A stretch of DNA of 43,511 nt from an uncultured Bacilli bacterium (GTDB taxonomy: Bacteria; Bacillota_I; Bacilli_A; RF39; UBA660), in assembly GCA_947598345.1 (NCBI GenBank), contig CANQFF010000001.1, forward strand, positions 1-43,511. Reading direction: 5' to 3'. The notes under the pieces were generated by a model. The model saw nothing but the letters and a program-made list of their open reading frames with translations, was not told the DNA's origin and did not search any database. The position numbers and the translations under genes were made by a program. How positions within the stretch are numbered: the stretch's first letter is position 1; each line of letters begins with the position of its first letter. Of this stretch, positions 1 through 8,767 are shown one piece after another.

Positions 1-17
1 CTTTCTTGTTGAATCAT
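1..17 (-). CDS. rplN: 50S ribosomal protein L14, first codons only (gene runs off the window)
   Basis: ATG at 15-17 (minus) behind AAGGAGG. It encodes MIQQE, the canonical L14 N-terminus, and follows rpsQ as in S10-spc clusters. Confidence 0.6.
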
Positions 18-42
18 ATATTATCCTCCTTCACTCGTTCAA

Positions 43-303
43 TTATAAAATAATTGCTTTTTCTATAACTCTTACTAAACGGAAATGTTTAGTTTTAGAT
101 ATAGGTCTAGTTTCGGCAATAAGAACTCTATCGCCTTTTTTTGCCTCATTTTTCTCATCATGTACAGTATATTTTTTAGAATATTTAACTCTTTTTCCAT
201 ATAATCTATCGTTTTTATAAGTTTCTACTAAAACTGTAATAGTTTTATCATTAACATCACTTACAACAGTTCCAACCAATTGATGTGTACTTTTCTCTTC
301 CAT
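43..303 (-). CDS. rpsQ: 30S ribosomal protein S17
   Basis: 86 aa. The blocks [17 protein letters not shown] and [20 protein letters not shown] are S17-like. Position between rpmC and rplN. Confidence 0.95.
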   Translation of the reverse strand: MEEKSTHQLVGTVVSDVNDKTITVLVETYKNDRLYGKRVKYSKKYTVHDEKNEAKKGDRVLIAETRPISKTKHFRLVRVIEKAIIL

Positions 304-318
304 AAATTCCTCCTATTA

Positions 319-519
319 TTAAGCTTTATTAGCTAGCTCCCTTTCGCGTAATATCGTTTTCATACGAGCTACTAACTTCCTTAATTCTGTTATTCTTGAA
401 GGTTTTTCCAAAGACCCTGTTGCTTGTTGAAAACGCAAGTTAAATAATTCTTCTTTTGCTTCCTCTATTTTTGAAAGTATTTCTTCATTAGATAATTCTC
501 TTATTTCTTTATTAGTCAT
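319..519 (-). CDS. rpmC: 50S ribosomal protein L29
   Basis: [28 protein letters not shown] is L29-like. I prefer the internal ATG at 519 (MTNKEIRE) to the ORF-track start at 531. Confidence 0.93.
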   Translation of the reverse strand: MTNKEIRELSNEEILSKIEEAKEELFNLRFQQATGSLEKPSRITELRKLVARMKTILRERELANKA

Positions 520-940
520 TAGAATCACCACTTTCTTTCTTTACAAATTTACATTTGATAGGAAGTTTATGCATAGCAAGTCTGAAAGCTTCACGAGCTG
601 TTTCTTCACTTACATCAGCTATTTCAAACATAACTTTTCCTTCTTTTACTACTGCAACCCATGCATCATGAGAACCTTTACCTTTACCTTGACGAGTTTC
701 AAGTGGTTTTTTTGTTAATGAAAGATGTGGGAAAATATTTATCCATACTTTTCCTCCACGCTTCATATAACGAGTCATTGCAACCCTGGCAGCTTCGATT
801 TGTCTATCTGTTATCCAAGCTCCTTCAAGTGCCATTAATCCGTATTCACCAAAGTTAACCTTAGTATTTCCTTTTGCTTTTCCTTCATAAGGAAGACGAT
901 GTACATTACGATATTTAGTTCTTTTTGGAATTACTGCCAT
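512..940 (-). CDS. rplP: 50S ribosomal protein L16
   Basis: [15 protein letters not shown]... is the canonical L16 N-terminus. The start overlaps the rpsC 3' end by 26 nt. Confidence 0.96.
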   Translation of the reverse strand: MAVIPKRTKYRNVHRLPYEGKAKGNTKVNFGEYGLMALEGAWITDRQIEAARVAMTRYMKRGGKVWINIFPHLSLTKKPLETRQGKGKGSHDAWVAVVKEGKVMFEIADVSEETAREAFRLAMHKLPIKCKFVKKESGDSND

Positions 941-1592
941 CTTTATTACCTCCCTTATTTTTAGCAGGAAGTATATCTCCTTTACAAATCCAAACTTTTA
1001 CACCTATTTTACCATAAGTAGTATCTGCTTCTTTCCAAGCATAATCTATGTCAGATCTTAAAGTATGGCGAGGAACACTACCTTCAGTATAACCTTCAGT
1101 ACGAGCCATATCAGCTCCACCTAAACGGCCAGATACAGAAGTTGTAATTCCCTTTGCTCCTGCTTTCATTGTATTTCTAATAGCTCTTTTTTGAGCAATT
1201 CTAAATGATACACGCCCTTCTATTTGACGCGCAATATTTTCCGCTACTATAGCAGCATCTAAATCTGGATTTTTAACTTCTTTTATAGATATTTGAATAT
1301 TTTCGTCAACTAATTTTGATAATTCATTTTTTAATTTCTCTATTTCATCTCCACCGTGACCAATAACAACTCCAGGTTTAGCTGTGTTTATAACAACATT
1401 AGTCTTTTTTTTGTCTCTTTCAATAAGAATACTTGAAACTGATGCGTCTTTTAGTTTTTTCTCTAACATTTTACGAATCTTGTTATCATTGTTTAAATAC
1501 TTAGCATTATCTTTGCCTTCAGCATACCAATTTGATTGCCAAGATTTGTTAACGCCTATTCTAAGTCCTATTGGACTAACTTTTTGACCCAC
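915..1592 (-). CDS. rpsC: 30S ribosomal protein S3
   Basis: [24 protein letters not shown]..., with KH and S3 C-terminal blocks. Operon position. Confidence 0.96.
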   Translation of the reverse strand: MGQKVSPIGLRIGVNKSWQSNWYAEGKDNAKYLNNDNKIRKMLEKKLKDASVSSILIERDKKKTNVVINTAKPGVVIGHGGDEIEKLKNELSKLVDENIQISIKEVKNPDLDAAIVAENIARQIEGRVSFRIAQKRAIRNTMKAGAKGITTSVSGRLGGADMARTEGYTEGSVPRHTLRSDIDYAWKEADTTYGKIGVKVWICKGDILPAKNKGGNKDGSNSKKN

Positions 1593-1610
1593 AAGTTTTC
1601 CTCCTTTACC

Positions 1611-1946
1611 TTAGTTTTTATCACTTACAACAATTGTAATATGACTTGTTCTTTTTTTAATTGGATCCACATGAGTTCTTGATCCAAATCTCATTCTTTT
1701 TAGTGTCTGTCCTTCGTCAACAAACGCCTCTTTAACATATAATTTAGTTTTATCTAAACCTAAGTTGTTTTCAGCATTTGCCACAGCAGAAGTTAACACT
1801 TTTAAAGTTAATCTAGCAGCTTCGCTGTTGTAATTCCTACAAATTCTATCTGCTTCTGCCACATCTTTACCGCGAATTAAATTTATTACTAAACGGGCTT
1901 TGCGTGGTGGGATTCTAAGTCCCTTTGCGATTGCTCTTGCTTCCAT
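1611..1946 (-). CDS. rplV: 50S ribosomal protein L22
   Basis: ARAIAKGLRIPPRKARLVINLIRGK is L22-like. Operon position. Confidence 0.95.
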   Translation of the reverse strand: MEARAIAKGLRIPPRKARLVINLIRGKDVAEADRICRNYNSEAARLTLKVLTSAVANAENNLGLDKTKLYVKEAFVDEGQTLKRMRFGSRTHVDPIKKRTSHITIVVSDKN

Positions 1947-1969
1947 AAATTCCTTCCTTCCTAGGTTTT

Positions 1970-2242
1970 TTATTTCTTAATCTTGTCATCGCCATGACCA
2001 CCGAATTTACGAGTAGCAGCAAATTCACCTAATTTATGTCCTACCATATCCTCAGTGATATATACAGGAATAAATTCTTTTCCATTATGAACTGCAAATG
2101 TGTTACCTATAAATTCAGGAAATATTGTTGAACGGCGTGACCAAGTTTTAATAACTTCTTTTTTTTCAGATTCATTTACCTTTTTTACCTTTTTCATTAA
2201 ACTATCGTCTACAAAAGGTCCTTTTTTTAAACTTCTAGCCAT
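1970..2242 (-). CDS. rpsS: 30S ribosomal protein S19
   Basis: [11 protein letters not shown] ... [16 protein letters not shown]. Start moved to the ATG at 2242, which has AAAGGA at proper spacing. Confidence 0.94.
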   Translation of the reverse strand: MARSLKKGPFVDDSLMKKVKKVNESEKKEVIKTWSRRSTIFPEFIGNTFAVHNGKEFIPVYITEDMVGHKLGEFAATRKFGGHGDDKIKK

Positions 2243-2260
2243 GTATACCATCCTTTCCTA

Positions 2261-3091
2261 TTATTTACGGCGATGTACTATTAAGTCATCTGATTGTTTT
2301 TTACCCTTACGAGTCTTATATCCAAGTGCTGGTTTACCCCAAGGTGTAAGAGGTCCTTTATGTCCTATTGGAGCTCTACCTTCACCACCACCGTGTGGGT
2401 GATCATTAGGGTTCATAACTGATCCACGAACTGTTGGTCTAATTCCCATATGTCTTTTTCTTCCAGCCTTACCCAAATTTACTAATTCATAATCTTCATT
2501 TCCAACTTCACCGATAACAGCACGGCAAGTACTTAATACCTTACGAACTTCACCGCTAGTTAAACGAAGTAAAGCATATTTACCTTCAAATCCAAGTATT
2601 TGAACACTTGAACCTGCAGAACGAGCTAATTGCGCTCCTTTACCAGATTTTAATTCAACATTATGAACTAAAGTACCTTCTGGAATATTAGCTAGTGGTA
2701 AACAGTTACCAATTTTGATATCTGCCTTTTCACCACTTTCGATTTTATCTCCAACTTTTAGTCCTTTTGGAGCAATTATATAAGTTTTTTCTCCATCAGA
2801 ATATTTAATTAGAGCAATATTAGCGGTTCTATTTGGATCGTATTCTATAGATGCAACAGTTCCAACAACGCCATCTTTATTTCTTTTAAAATCAATAATA
2901 CGATACTTTCTTTTAGCTCCGCCACCTTGATGACGAACAGTTATTTTTCCTTGATTATTACGTCCACCATTTTTCTTTAATGTAACTAATAATGATTTTT
3001 CTGGTGCTACTTTAGTTAATTCATTACTATTATCTAAAGTAGTCATACCACGTCTACCATTAGTTGTTGATTTATAACTTTTGATTGCCAT
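2261..3091 (-). CDS. rplB: 50S ribosomal protein L2
   Basis: [28 protein letters not shown] and HPHGGGEGR blocks. Confidence 0.97.
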   Translation of the reverse strand: MAIKSYKSTTNGRRGMTTLDNSNELTKVAPEKSLLVTLKKNGGRNNQGKITVRHQGGGAKRKYRIIDFKRNKDGVVGTVASIEYDPNRTANIALIKYSDGEKTYIIAPKGLKVGDKIESGEKADIKIGNCLPLANIPEGTLVHNVELKSGKGAQLARSAGSSVQILGFEGKYALLRLTSGEVRKVLSTCRAVIGEVGNEDYELVNLGKAGRKRHMGIRPTVRGSVMNPNDHPHGGGEGRAPIGHKGPLTPWGKPALGYKTRKGKKQSDDLIVHRRK

Positions 3092-3109
3092 TGTATTTCC
3101 TCCTTTAGA

Positions 3110-3391
3110 TTAGTTAAGTTCTATTGAACTTCCTTCTTTTAACTTAACTACAGCTTTTTTCTTTCTATTTGTTAATCCATAATAGCGTCCAACTCTTTTA
3201 GTTTTAGGTTTAACATTTATTGTATTAACGCTTTCTACCTTAACATCAAACACTTTTTCAACAGCTTGTTTAATTTGTGTTTTGTTAGCCTTAGGATCAA
3301 CACTGAATGTAATAACATTGCCATTTTGACTCAAAGTTGCAGTTTTTTCAGTAATAATCGGAGCTTTTATAACATCTCTATAATTATTCAT
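3110..3391 (-). CDS. rplW: 50S ribosomal protein L23
   Basis: [11 protein letters not shown]... is L23-like. Abuts the rplD stop. Confidence 0.94.
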   Translation of the reverse strand: MNNYRDVIKAPIITEKTATLSQNGNVITFSVDPKANKTQIKQAVEKVFDVKVESVNTINVKPKTKRVGRYYGLTNRKKKAVVKLKEGSSIELN

Positions 3392-4014
3392 TATACTAAA
3401 GCCTCCTCTATTTCTTTAATAGCAGCTTCCTCAGCTATAACTAAATTAGCTGAAATTAAATCTAATACATTTATTTCACTAGCTTCTAATAATAATACAT
3501 TTTTTAAATTACGAGTAGCTAAAATAATATTATCGTTTAATTCTGAAACAACTATTAATACATTTCTTTCAACTTTAAAATTATTTAAAATATTTTTCAT
3601 ATCTTTTGTTTTATTAGATTGTAAATTAAATTCATCAACAACAATTAATTCCTTGTTAATTACCTTATAAGCTAAAGCCGATTTCAATGCTAAAGCTCTT
3701 TCTTTTTTGTTTTGTTTTGTTTCATAATTTCTTACTTGGTTGCCAAATGCCCAACCACCGTGATACCAATGTGGTGCTCTTGTAGAACCCTGACGAGCGC
3801 GTCCTGTTCCTTTTTGTCTCCAAGGTTTTCTTCCACCACCAGAAACATCAGAACGACCCTTAACACCTCTTGTTCCTTGTCTTGCATTATTTTGAGCTAA
3901 TTTAATAGCATCATATAATACAGCATCGTTTGGTACAATACCAAAAACATCTTTATTTAATGTAATATCTTTTACTTTTTCACCGTTTGTGTTTAATACA
4001 TCTATCTTACTCAT
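3391..4014 (-). CDS. rplD: 50S ribosomal protein L4
   Basis: [19 protein letters not shown] block. Operon position. Confidence 0.96.
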   Translation of the reverse strand: MSKIDVLNTNGEKVKDITLNKDVFGIVPNDAVLYDAIKLAQNNARQGTRGVKGRSDVSGGGRKPWRQKGTGRARQGSTRAPHWYHGGWAFGNQVRNYETKQNKKERALALKSALAYKVINKELIVVDEFNLQSNKTKDMKNILNNFKVERNVLIVVSELNDNIILATRNLKNVLLLEASEINVLDLISANLVIAEEAAIKEIEEALV

Positions 4015-4810
4015 TTGTATCCTCCCTACTAATTGTATCCTTAGTAGATTCAGCTTCTTCTACAACTTCTTCAACTACTGGTGTTTCTTCTTCAGTAACA
4101 CTAGATTCTACTGTTTCCAAAGTCTCTTGAGTAGCAGGTTCTAAAGTTTCATAAGAAACTAAACTTTCCATATCATTTACTTTCCCATTAGCTTTAACTG
4201 CACTTCTTATAACTACTAAACCTTTTTTAGGTCCTGGTATATTTCCGCTTATTAATATTACATTGTTTTCAGTATCAACTGCAACTACTTCAAGATTTTG
4301 AATAGTTACTGTTAGTGTACCCATGTGTCCAGCAAGTTTTTTACCTTTGAAAACACGCATTGGTCTCATTGTTCCCATTGAACCTGGTCTTCTATGATAA
4401 TGTGAACCATGTCCCATAGGTCCTCTACTTTGTCCGTGTCTTTTAATAACACCTTGGAACCCTTTTCCTTTTGTAGTTCCAGTTACATCAACCACTTCTC
4501 CTGGAGTGAAAATATCAGCTGTAATTTCTTGTCCAAGAGTATATGAATTGACATCTACACCTTTTATTTCCCTAAAGAAGCGCTTAGGTGTAGTTTGTGC
4601 TTTTGCTGTATGTCCAGCAGAAGCTTTAGTCGCTAACTTTTCTCTAGTATTTCCAAAACCTAATTGAATTGCATCATAACCGTCATTTTCTTTAGTTTTA
4701 ATTTGTGTTACTACATTTTTTTCTACTTCAACAACAGTTACAGGAATTAATTTACCAGATTCAGTAAACACTTGAGTCATTCCAATTTTACGACCTAAGA
4801 TTCCTTTCAT
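4007..4810 (-). CDS. rplC: 50S ribosomal protein L3 with acidic C-terminal extension
   Basis: [15 protein letters not shown]... is the canonical L3 core of about 210 aa. It is followed by a roughly 55-aa Glu/Thr/Val-rich tail and overlaps the rplD start by 8 nt. Confidence 0.95.
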   Translation of the reverse strand: MKGILGRKIGMTQVFTESGKLIPVTVVEVEKNVVTQIKTKENDGYDAIQLGFGNTREKLATKASAGHTAKAQTTPKRFFREIKGVDVNSYTLGQEITADIFTPGEVVDVTGTTKGKGFQGVIKRHGQSRGPMGHGSHYHRRPGSMGTMRPMRVFKGKKLAGHMGTLTVTIQNLEVVAVDTENNVILISGNIPGPKKGLVVIRSAVKANGKVNDMESLVSYETLEPATQETLETVESSVTEEETPVVEEVVEEAESTKDTISREDTNE

Positions 4811-4821
4811 ATTTTTCCTCC

Positions 4822-5130
4822 TTATTTAATTATTTTGATATCAACACCACTTGGAATATCTAAATGAGCTAGTGACTCTATAGTTTCCTTTGTTGGATCA
4901 ATGATATCGATTAGTCTTTTGTGTGTTCTTCTTTCAAATTGCTCACGAGAATCTTTATATTTATGAACAGCTCTTAAAATTGTAATTTTTTCAATTTCAG
5001 TTGGTAGTGGAACTGGTCCAACTATTTCTCCTCCATTTCTCTTAACTGTTTCAACGATTTTAGCGCAAGCTTTGTCTAAACTTTTATGTTCAAACGCTTT
5101 TAATTTGATACGAACTTTAGTCTTTGACAT
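4822..5130 (-). CDS. rpsJ: 30S ribosomal protein S10
   Basis: [15 protein letters not shown] ... HKRLIDI. First gene of the S10 operon. Confidence 0.96.
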   Translation of the reverse strand: MSKTKVRIKLKAFEHKSLDKACAKIVETVKRNGGEIVGPVPLPTEIEKITILRAVHKYKDSREQFERRTHKRLIDIIDPTKETIESLAHLDIPSGVDIKIIK

Positions 5131-5265
5131 TTTGTATCCTCCCTTCGCCTATATCCAGTATAGACATGCTCCGCGTAAAAACCCGACATCCAAGTATATT
5201 TTATATAACAACTTAACCTGGCGTGTCAGCAACCTTACACATCAACGCAACGCCACACATACAGA

Positions 5266-5294
5266 ATTATACGATAAATAAATAAAAAAATCAA
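5266..5294 (-). promoter_or_regulatory. Putative sigma-A-type promoter of the S10 operon
   Basis: On the minus strand: TTGATT (5289-5294), 17 nt, TATAAT (5266-5271). This leaves a 5' UTR of roughly 130 nt ahead of rpsJ. Confidence 0.5.
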
Positions 5295-5322
5295 CATTTT
5301 TTTAAAATTTGTTGATTTTTTT
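5281..5322 (-). terminator. Rho-independent terminator after the pilin-like gene (bidirectional shape)
   Basis: AAAAAATCAACA (5285-5296) pairs with TGTTGATTTTTT (5310-5321). T-runs follow in both orientations. Lies just 3' of the stop at 5337. Confidence 0.65.
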
Positions 5323-5336
5323 TACAATTTTAACCC

Positions 5337-7037
5337 TTAGTCAGCTATATCTGTTATAACTATATGTGTTGTTAAAGTATCTTCTCCACCTTCAATAATA
5401 GAAAATTGGAATATTCCTGTTTGAGCTAAACCATCTTGATAGCCACCACGCCTTAACCAAGGACTTTTAGGAGTTAAAAATGTATAATAATCTTGATACC
5501 ATCCTACATTTTGATTAGTAGGAGATAAAGTTTCACTCATTGCATGTCCGTAGCATATCCCACCACAAGCTTCTAAGAAATTTTTGCTAGGATCAGTTGG
5601 AGCTATATATAAATCATAATATTTTGGATCTGGCATATCCTCACCAACATACATAGAACCATCAGCTAGCATTCCACTAAAACCAGAATTATTGTTCTCA
5701 GTCTCACCAGATCTTGGTAATCCATCTGTTCCTGAAAGTACTCCCATAACTGCGTCCCATCCAGCTCCACTTACATCATATACACCATATATATTACCAG
5801 TTGTAGATGCTCCACCGCCACAACTTCCAGTTCCACTTCCTCTATCAGCTATATCATCATAAGGGCATTGTGGATCATTTTTTTGTTCCTGTGTTGCACC
5901 ATTACTAGCTCCTGAAATAAAATCACTATCCATATTTATATAGATTTCTTTATTTTTATATGTATACATTGAATTTCCATACTTTCCGTATTTACTCTGA
6001 GATAAATACGCCATCGCACCCCAATCAGAATTTTTAGCTACATGTGAATCTGCATTACCAATATAATCACCAAATGTTTTAGATGAATTAAAAAGTTCAC
6101 TTATAATTCCAAACATAATTTCATTTCCAGGTAAAATAGTAGGTTCAGGTAAAGAACCTGTTGTATCAAATTTCCCAATCCAAAATCCACTTAATTCTTT
6201 TCCTCCAAAGGTAAATGATGGATGAGTTCTCCATCCACTAGGAGTATTACCCGTATAAGTTGCAGTTCCAAATTCCTTAACATTACTACTTACAAATTTT
6301 ATATCAATCCCACCTGGTTGCGCTATATTAGGAACAGTTGCGCTTGCTGCTCTAAATCCATAAGTATTACCTATTGTATATGAAAACCTAGGAATCCATA
6401 CAAACATAGCCTTTACTTCAGTTTCTAAATCTAAACTTTTTCCAACTTCATCGCTTACTCCATCTTCTAATATAGCTGCATTTGCCCACTCTTGTTTCGT
6501 ATAATCATACCATTTATTCTGTCTATCTGCTATATCCCACTCTTCGTTATCTTCATCGTATACTATTGGAACCATTTTTCTATACAATTTAGGATCCGCA
6601 CCATTTAATTCAGGTGCTTTATACGAATCAACATATATATATTCATCACAATCCTTGTTATCCTTTATAGTATAACTATAACCATCATTATAATCAGCCT
6701 GAACACTTTTTAAATCAGTATCATCTTCAGATTCATCTGATAAAATTATTGGTCCCTTTAAATATCCTTCATCCACTAAATCTCTTATCGAAATACAATA
6801 ACTATTACCATCTTTTTTTTCAAAATCATCTTTATTTTTTTGTAAAAAATCATCAGCCGCACTAAATACTAATCTTTCATTAAAACTATATATATCATTA
6901 TTTTTATCCTTTATAAAGTCGACAATATTAGGAAAAACTAACGCTATTATAGCACTAATAATTATAATAACACCTAAAAGTTCTACCAAAGTAAAGCCAG
7001 AAGTTTTATTAATTTTTTTTAACACAATTTTCCTCAT
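5337..7037 (-). CDS. Type IV pilin-like (prepilin-type N-terminal cleavage/methylation) protein with a large C-terminal domain
   Basis: The N-terminus MRKIVLKKINKTSG|FTLVELLGVIIIISAIIALVF has Gly-1, Phe+1 and Glu+5 followed by a hydrophobic helix. The rest is about 520 aa, with blocks reminiscent of an FGE-sulfatase/C-lectin-like fold. Confidence 0.85.
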   Translation of the reverse strand: MRKIVLKKINKTSGFTLVELLGVIIIISAIIALVFPNIVDFIKDKNNDIYSFNERLVFSAADDFLQKNKDDFEKKDGNSYCISIRDLVDEGYLKGPIILSDESEDDTDLKSVQADYNDGYSYTIKDNKDCDEYIYVDSYKAPELNGADPKLYRKMVPIVYDEDNEEWDIADRQNKWYDYTKQEWANAAILEDGVSDEVGKSLDLETEVKAMFVWIPRFSYTIGNTYGFRAASATVPNIAQPGGIDIKFVSSNVKEFGTATYTGNTPSGWRTHPSFTFGGKELSGFWIGKFDTTGSLPEPTILPGNEIMFGIISELFNSSKTFGDYIGNADSHVAKNSDWGAMAYLSQSKYGKYGNSMYTYKNKEIYINMDSDFISGASNGATQEQKNDPQCPYDDIADRGSGTGSCGGGASTTGNIYGVYDVSGAGWDAVMGVLSGTDGLPRSGETENNNSGFSGMLADGSMYVGEDMPDPKYYDLYIAPTDPSKNFLEACGGICYGHAMSETLSPTNQNVGWYQDYYTFLTPKSPWLRRGGYQDGLAQTGIFQFSIIEGGEDTLTTHIVITDIAD

Positions 7038-7062
7038 TAATATCGCCTACTCTCATATGATA

Positions 7063-7091
7063 ATTATAGAAAAAAAACATAAATAAGTCAA
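7063..7091 (-). promoter_or_regulatory. Near-consensus promoter of the pilin-like gene
   Basis: On the minus strand: TTGACT (7086-7091), 17 nt, TATAAT (7063-7068), about 25 nt upstream of the ATG at 7037. Confidence 0.6.
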
Positions 7092-7131
7092 TATTTCATA
7101 CATCCAAAAATATACTTATAATGGTGAGAAT

Positions 7132-7422
7132 ATGAATTTAGTTCCTAATGTTTCCGCACCTATTTATACATCAACTGCATTTTTAATAGGTATATTATTA
7201 TGTGATGACCTAACTCCTGCAGAACAAAATTCATTGGGGAATTGGTTTATGATGGTGGGCCAAGCATTATGTACAAATTCAGCTCAACAACAATTATTAA
7301 ACAATAGAAATAATACGGCAAATCAATATAATTCCCATATAATAAACGATAATAATTTAAGAAGAGCAGCTAATAACATAAAAAAAGAAGTCGACAGTAT
7401 ATTAAAAAAAAATACTAATTGA
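7132..7422 (+). CDS. Small hypothetical protein (96 aa): hydrophobic N-terminal half, Asn/Gln-rich tail
   Basis: An intergenic-size ORF not shadowing any gene. The block DDLTPAEQNSLGNWFMMVGQAL looks like a conserved small-protein motif. The start context is weak. Confidence 0.5.
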   Translation: MNLVPNVSAPIYTSTAFLIGILLCDDLTPAEQNSLGNWFMMVGQALCTNSAQQQLLNNRNNTANQYNSHIINDNNLRRAANNIKKEVDSILKKNTN

Positions 7423-7440
7423 ATAAATCAAATTAGTATT
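7403..7440. terminator. Shared hairpin terminator of the convergent 96-aa ORF and sigma gene
   Basis: Perfect 10-bp stem AATACTAATT (7411-7420) / AATTAGTATT (7431-7440) that contains both stop codons. An A8 run at 7403-7410 gives a T8 tail on the minus strand. Confidence 0.6.
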
Positions 7441-8428
7441 TATATATAACATTTCTAATTTTTCTCATTGCTTTTTTTTCTAAATTATTAACTCTTGATA
7501 ATCCAACACCATGCTTAGTGATGTTTTGCTTAGTACTTATCTGTTCCAAAGTCAAAACATCATCTGATCCATAAGAACCAATTTTTTTACCAACCCTATC
7601 TAAAATAATTTTAAATTCAACATCAGTTAAACATTCTTTTATTACTTTCCACATATATTCATAATATATAGCATCATTAACTTTTTCTATTGAATCATCT
7701 AGAATACTGAAAAGATCTTTTAAGGAAATATTATTATCCTCAACATATACCCAATCTAAACTTAAATTTTTCCTATATGATTGTGATAAATAATCATCTG
7801 ATTCTTGTTCAAAATCATCATTATCCATATAAGTATTTGATGAATTGACTAACCTTTCCATTAATTCTTCTTTACTATTAAATGTATAACCTTTATTTTC
7901 TGATAAATTATTAAAATTATTTGAGTTACTTAAAAAAGTAACAATTCTTTTTCTAATCCACCAAGCAGCATATGTAGATAGTCTTGTACCTCTCTTTAAA
8001 TCAAACATATCTACAGCTCTTATCAACCCCTCATTACCTTCTTGAATAAGTTCAAAAAACTCAATATTATTAATTTTAGCTAAATCATAATATCTCTTAG
8101 CAATATGAACAACTAATCTTAAATTACAATTAACTAATGCCTCCCTAGCAAAATTATCACCATTTTTATAAGATGAAAACAACATTTTTTCTTGACTTGA
8201 ACTTAATAATGGATATTTAGATATATCACTAAAATAACTAGTATATATATATGGTAAAGGCGTTATATCATTACTTTCAACAGTACAATCATCTACTACC
8301 TCTATCCCTTTTTTAGAAAGATAACTAAGTACCCTATCGTATGTTTTAGAAGAATTAATACTATAAAGTGAGCTAACACTTATTTTATTATTTTCAGCTG
8401 ATTCTTCTAGCAATTTAAATATGTTCAT
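7433..8428 (-). CDS. Divergent sigma-70 family RNA polymerase sigma factor
   Basis: Region 2: NLRLVVHIAKRY ... LIQEGNEGLIRAVDMFD ... STYAAWWIRKRI. Region 4-like C-terminus: LTLEQIS ... LEKKAMRKIRN. Start set at ATG 8428 behind AAGGAAAG; the ORF-track TTG at 8485 lies inside the promoter. Confidence 0.85.
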   Translation of the reverse strand: MNIFKLLEESAENNKISVSSLYSINSSKTYDRVLSYLSKKGIEVVDDCTVESNDITPLPYIYTSYFSDISKYPLLSSSQEKMLFSSYKNGDNFAREALVNCNLRLVVHIAKRYYDLAKINNIEFFELIQEGNEGLIRAVDMFDLKRGTRLSTYAAWWIRKRIVTFLSNSNNFNNLSENKGYTFNSKEELMERLVNSSNTYMDNDDFEQESDDYLSQSYRKNLSLDWVYVEDNNISLKDLFSILDDSIEKVNDAIYYEYMWKVIKECLTDVEFKIILDRVGKKIGSYGSDDVLTLEQISTKQNITKHGVGLSRVNNLEKKAMRKIRNVIYKY

Positions 8429-8456
8429 AAAAACTTTCCTTTCTTTGATACATGAT

Positions 8457-8485
8457 ATTATATATGCAAGAAGATTTGTTGTCAA
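8457..8485 (-). promoter_or_regulatory. Perfect consensus sigma-A promoter upstream of the sigma factor gene
   Basis: On the minus strand: TTGACA (8480-8485), exactly 17 nt, TATAAT (8457-8462). Confidence 0.7.
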
Positions 8486-8509
8486 TAAAAAAATCTTATT
8501 ACTAAAAAT

Positions 8510-8536
8510 TTACAAAAAAAAGGATAAATTATCCTT
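8510..8536 (-). terminator. Rho-independent terminator of rpsF-ssb-rpsR
   Basis: AAGGATA (8520-8526) pairs with TATCCTT (8530-8536). A T9 run follows on the minus strand. It overlaps the rpsR stop. Confidence 0.7.
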
Positions 8537-8753
8537 ATTTAACAAATGGTATTAATGCCATATGTCTAGCATATTTTACTTGTGTTGCTATATATCTTTG
8601 ATGTTTAGCGCACGCACCAGTTATTCTTCTAGGTAAAATCTTACATTTATCTTGACTTATATATTTTCTTATAACCTCAACATTTTTATAATCAACATCT
8701 TTACCTGCACACATCTGACATACTTTTTTCTTTTTTCTAAAAAATTCAGCCAT
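8535..8753 (-). CDS. rpsR: 30S ribosomal protein S18
   Basis: DYKNVEVIRKYISQDKCKILPRRITGACAKHQRYIATQVKYARHMALIPF is S18-like. Confidence 0.95.
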   Translation of the reverse strand: MAEFFRKKKKVCQMCAGKDVDYKNVEVIRKYISQDKCKILPRRITGACAKHQRYIATQVKYARHMALIPFVK

Positions 8754-8767
8754 TTTTATCCCTCCTA

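Noticed and set aside
661-858. 65-aa plus-strand ORF inside rplP. The same applies to 1384-1587 inside rpsC and 2100-2402 across rpsS/rplB.
   Set aside because: These are antisense shadows of highly conserved ribosomal protein genes. They have low-complexity Leu/Phe/Ser-rich translations typical of the reverse frame in AT-rich DNA, and no ribosome-binding site.
3266-3670. 134-aa plus-strand ORF overlapping rplW/rplD. Also 3712-3900 and 5072-5281.
   Set aside because: They lie antisense to, or overlap, ribosomal genes and the rpsJ leader. The composition is Ser/Ile/Asn/Phe-rich with no start signals.
5131-5280. The GC-rich stretch upstream of rpsJ, considered as a tRNA or other stable RNA gene.
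   Set aside because: I found no cloverleaf, no T-loop GTTCGAATC-like motif and no terminator of its own. A promoter-like TTGATT-17-TATAAT just upstream makes it most simply the operon 5' UTR; it is reported as a low-interest finding instead.
6811-7022. A8/A7 homopolymer tracts inside the pilin-like gene (for example at 6816-6825 and 7012-7020), considered as slipped-strand phase-variation switches.
   Set aside because: Lys-rich AAA-AAA runs of this length are common throughout this AT-rich window, including in essential genes such as dnaX and mfd. There is no specific enrichment here.
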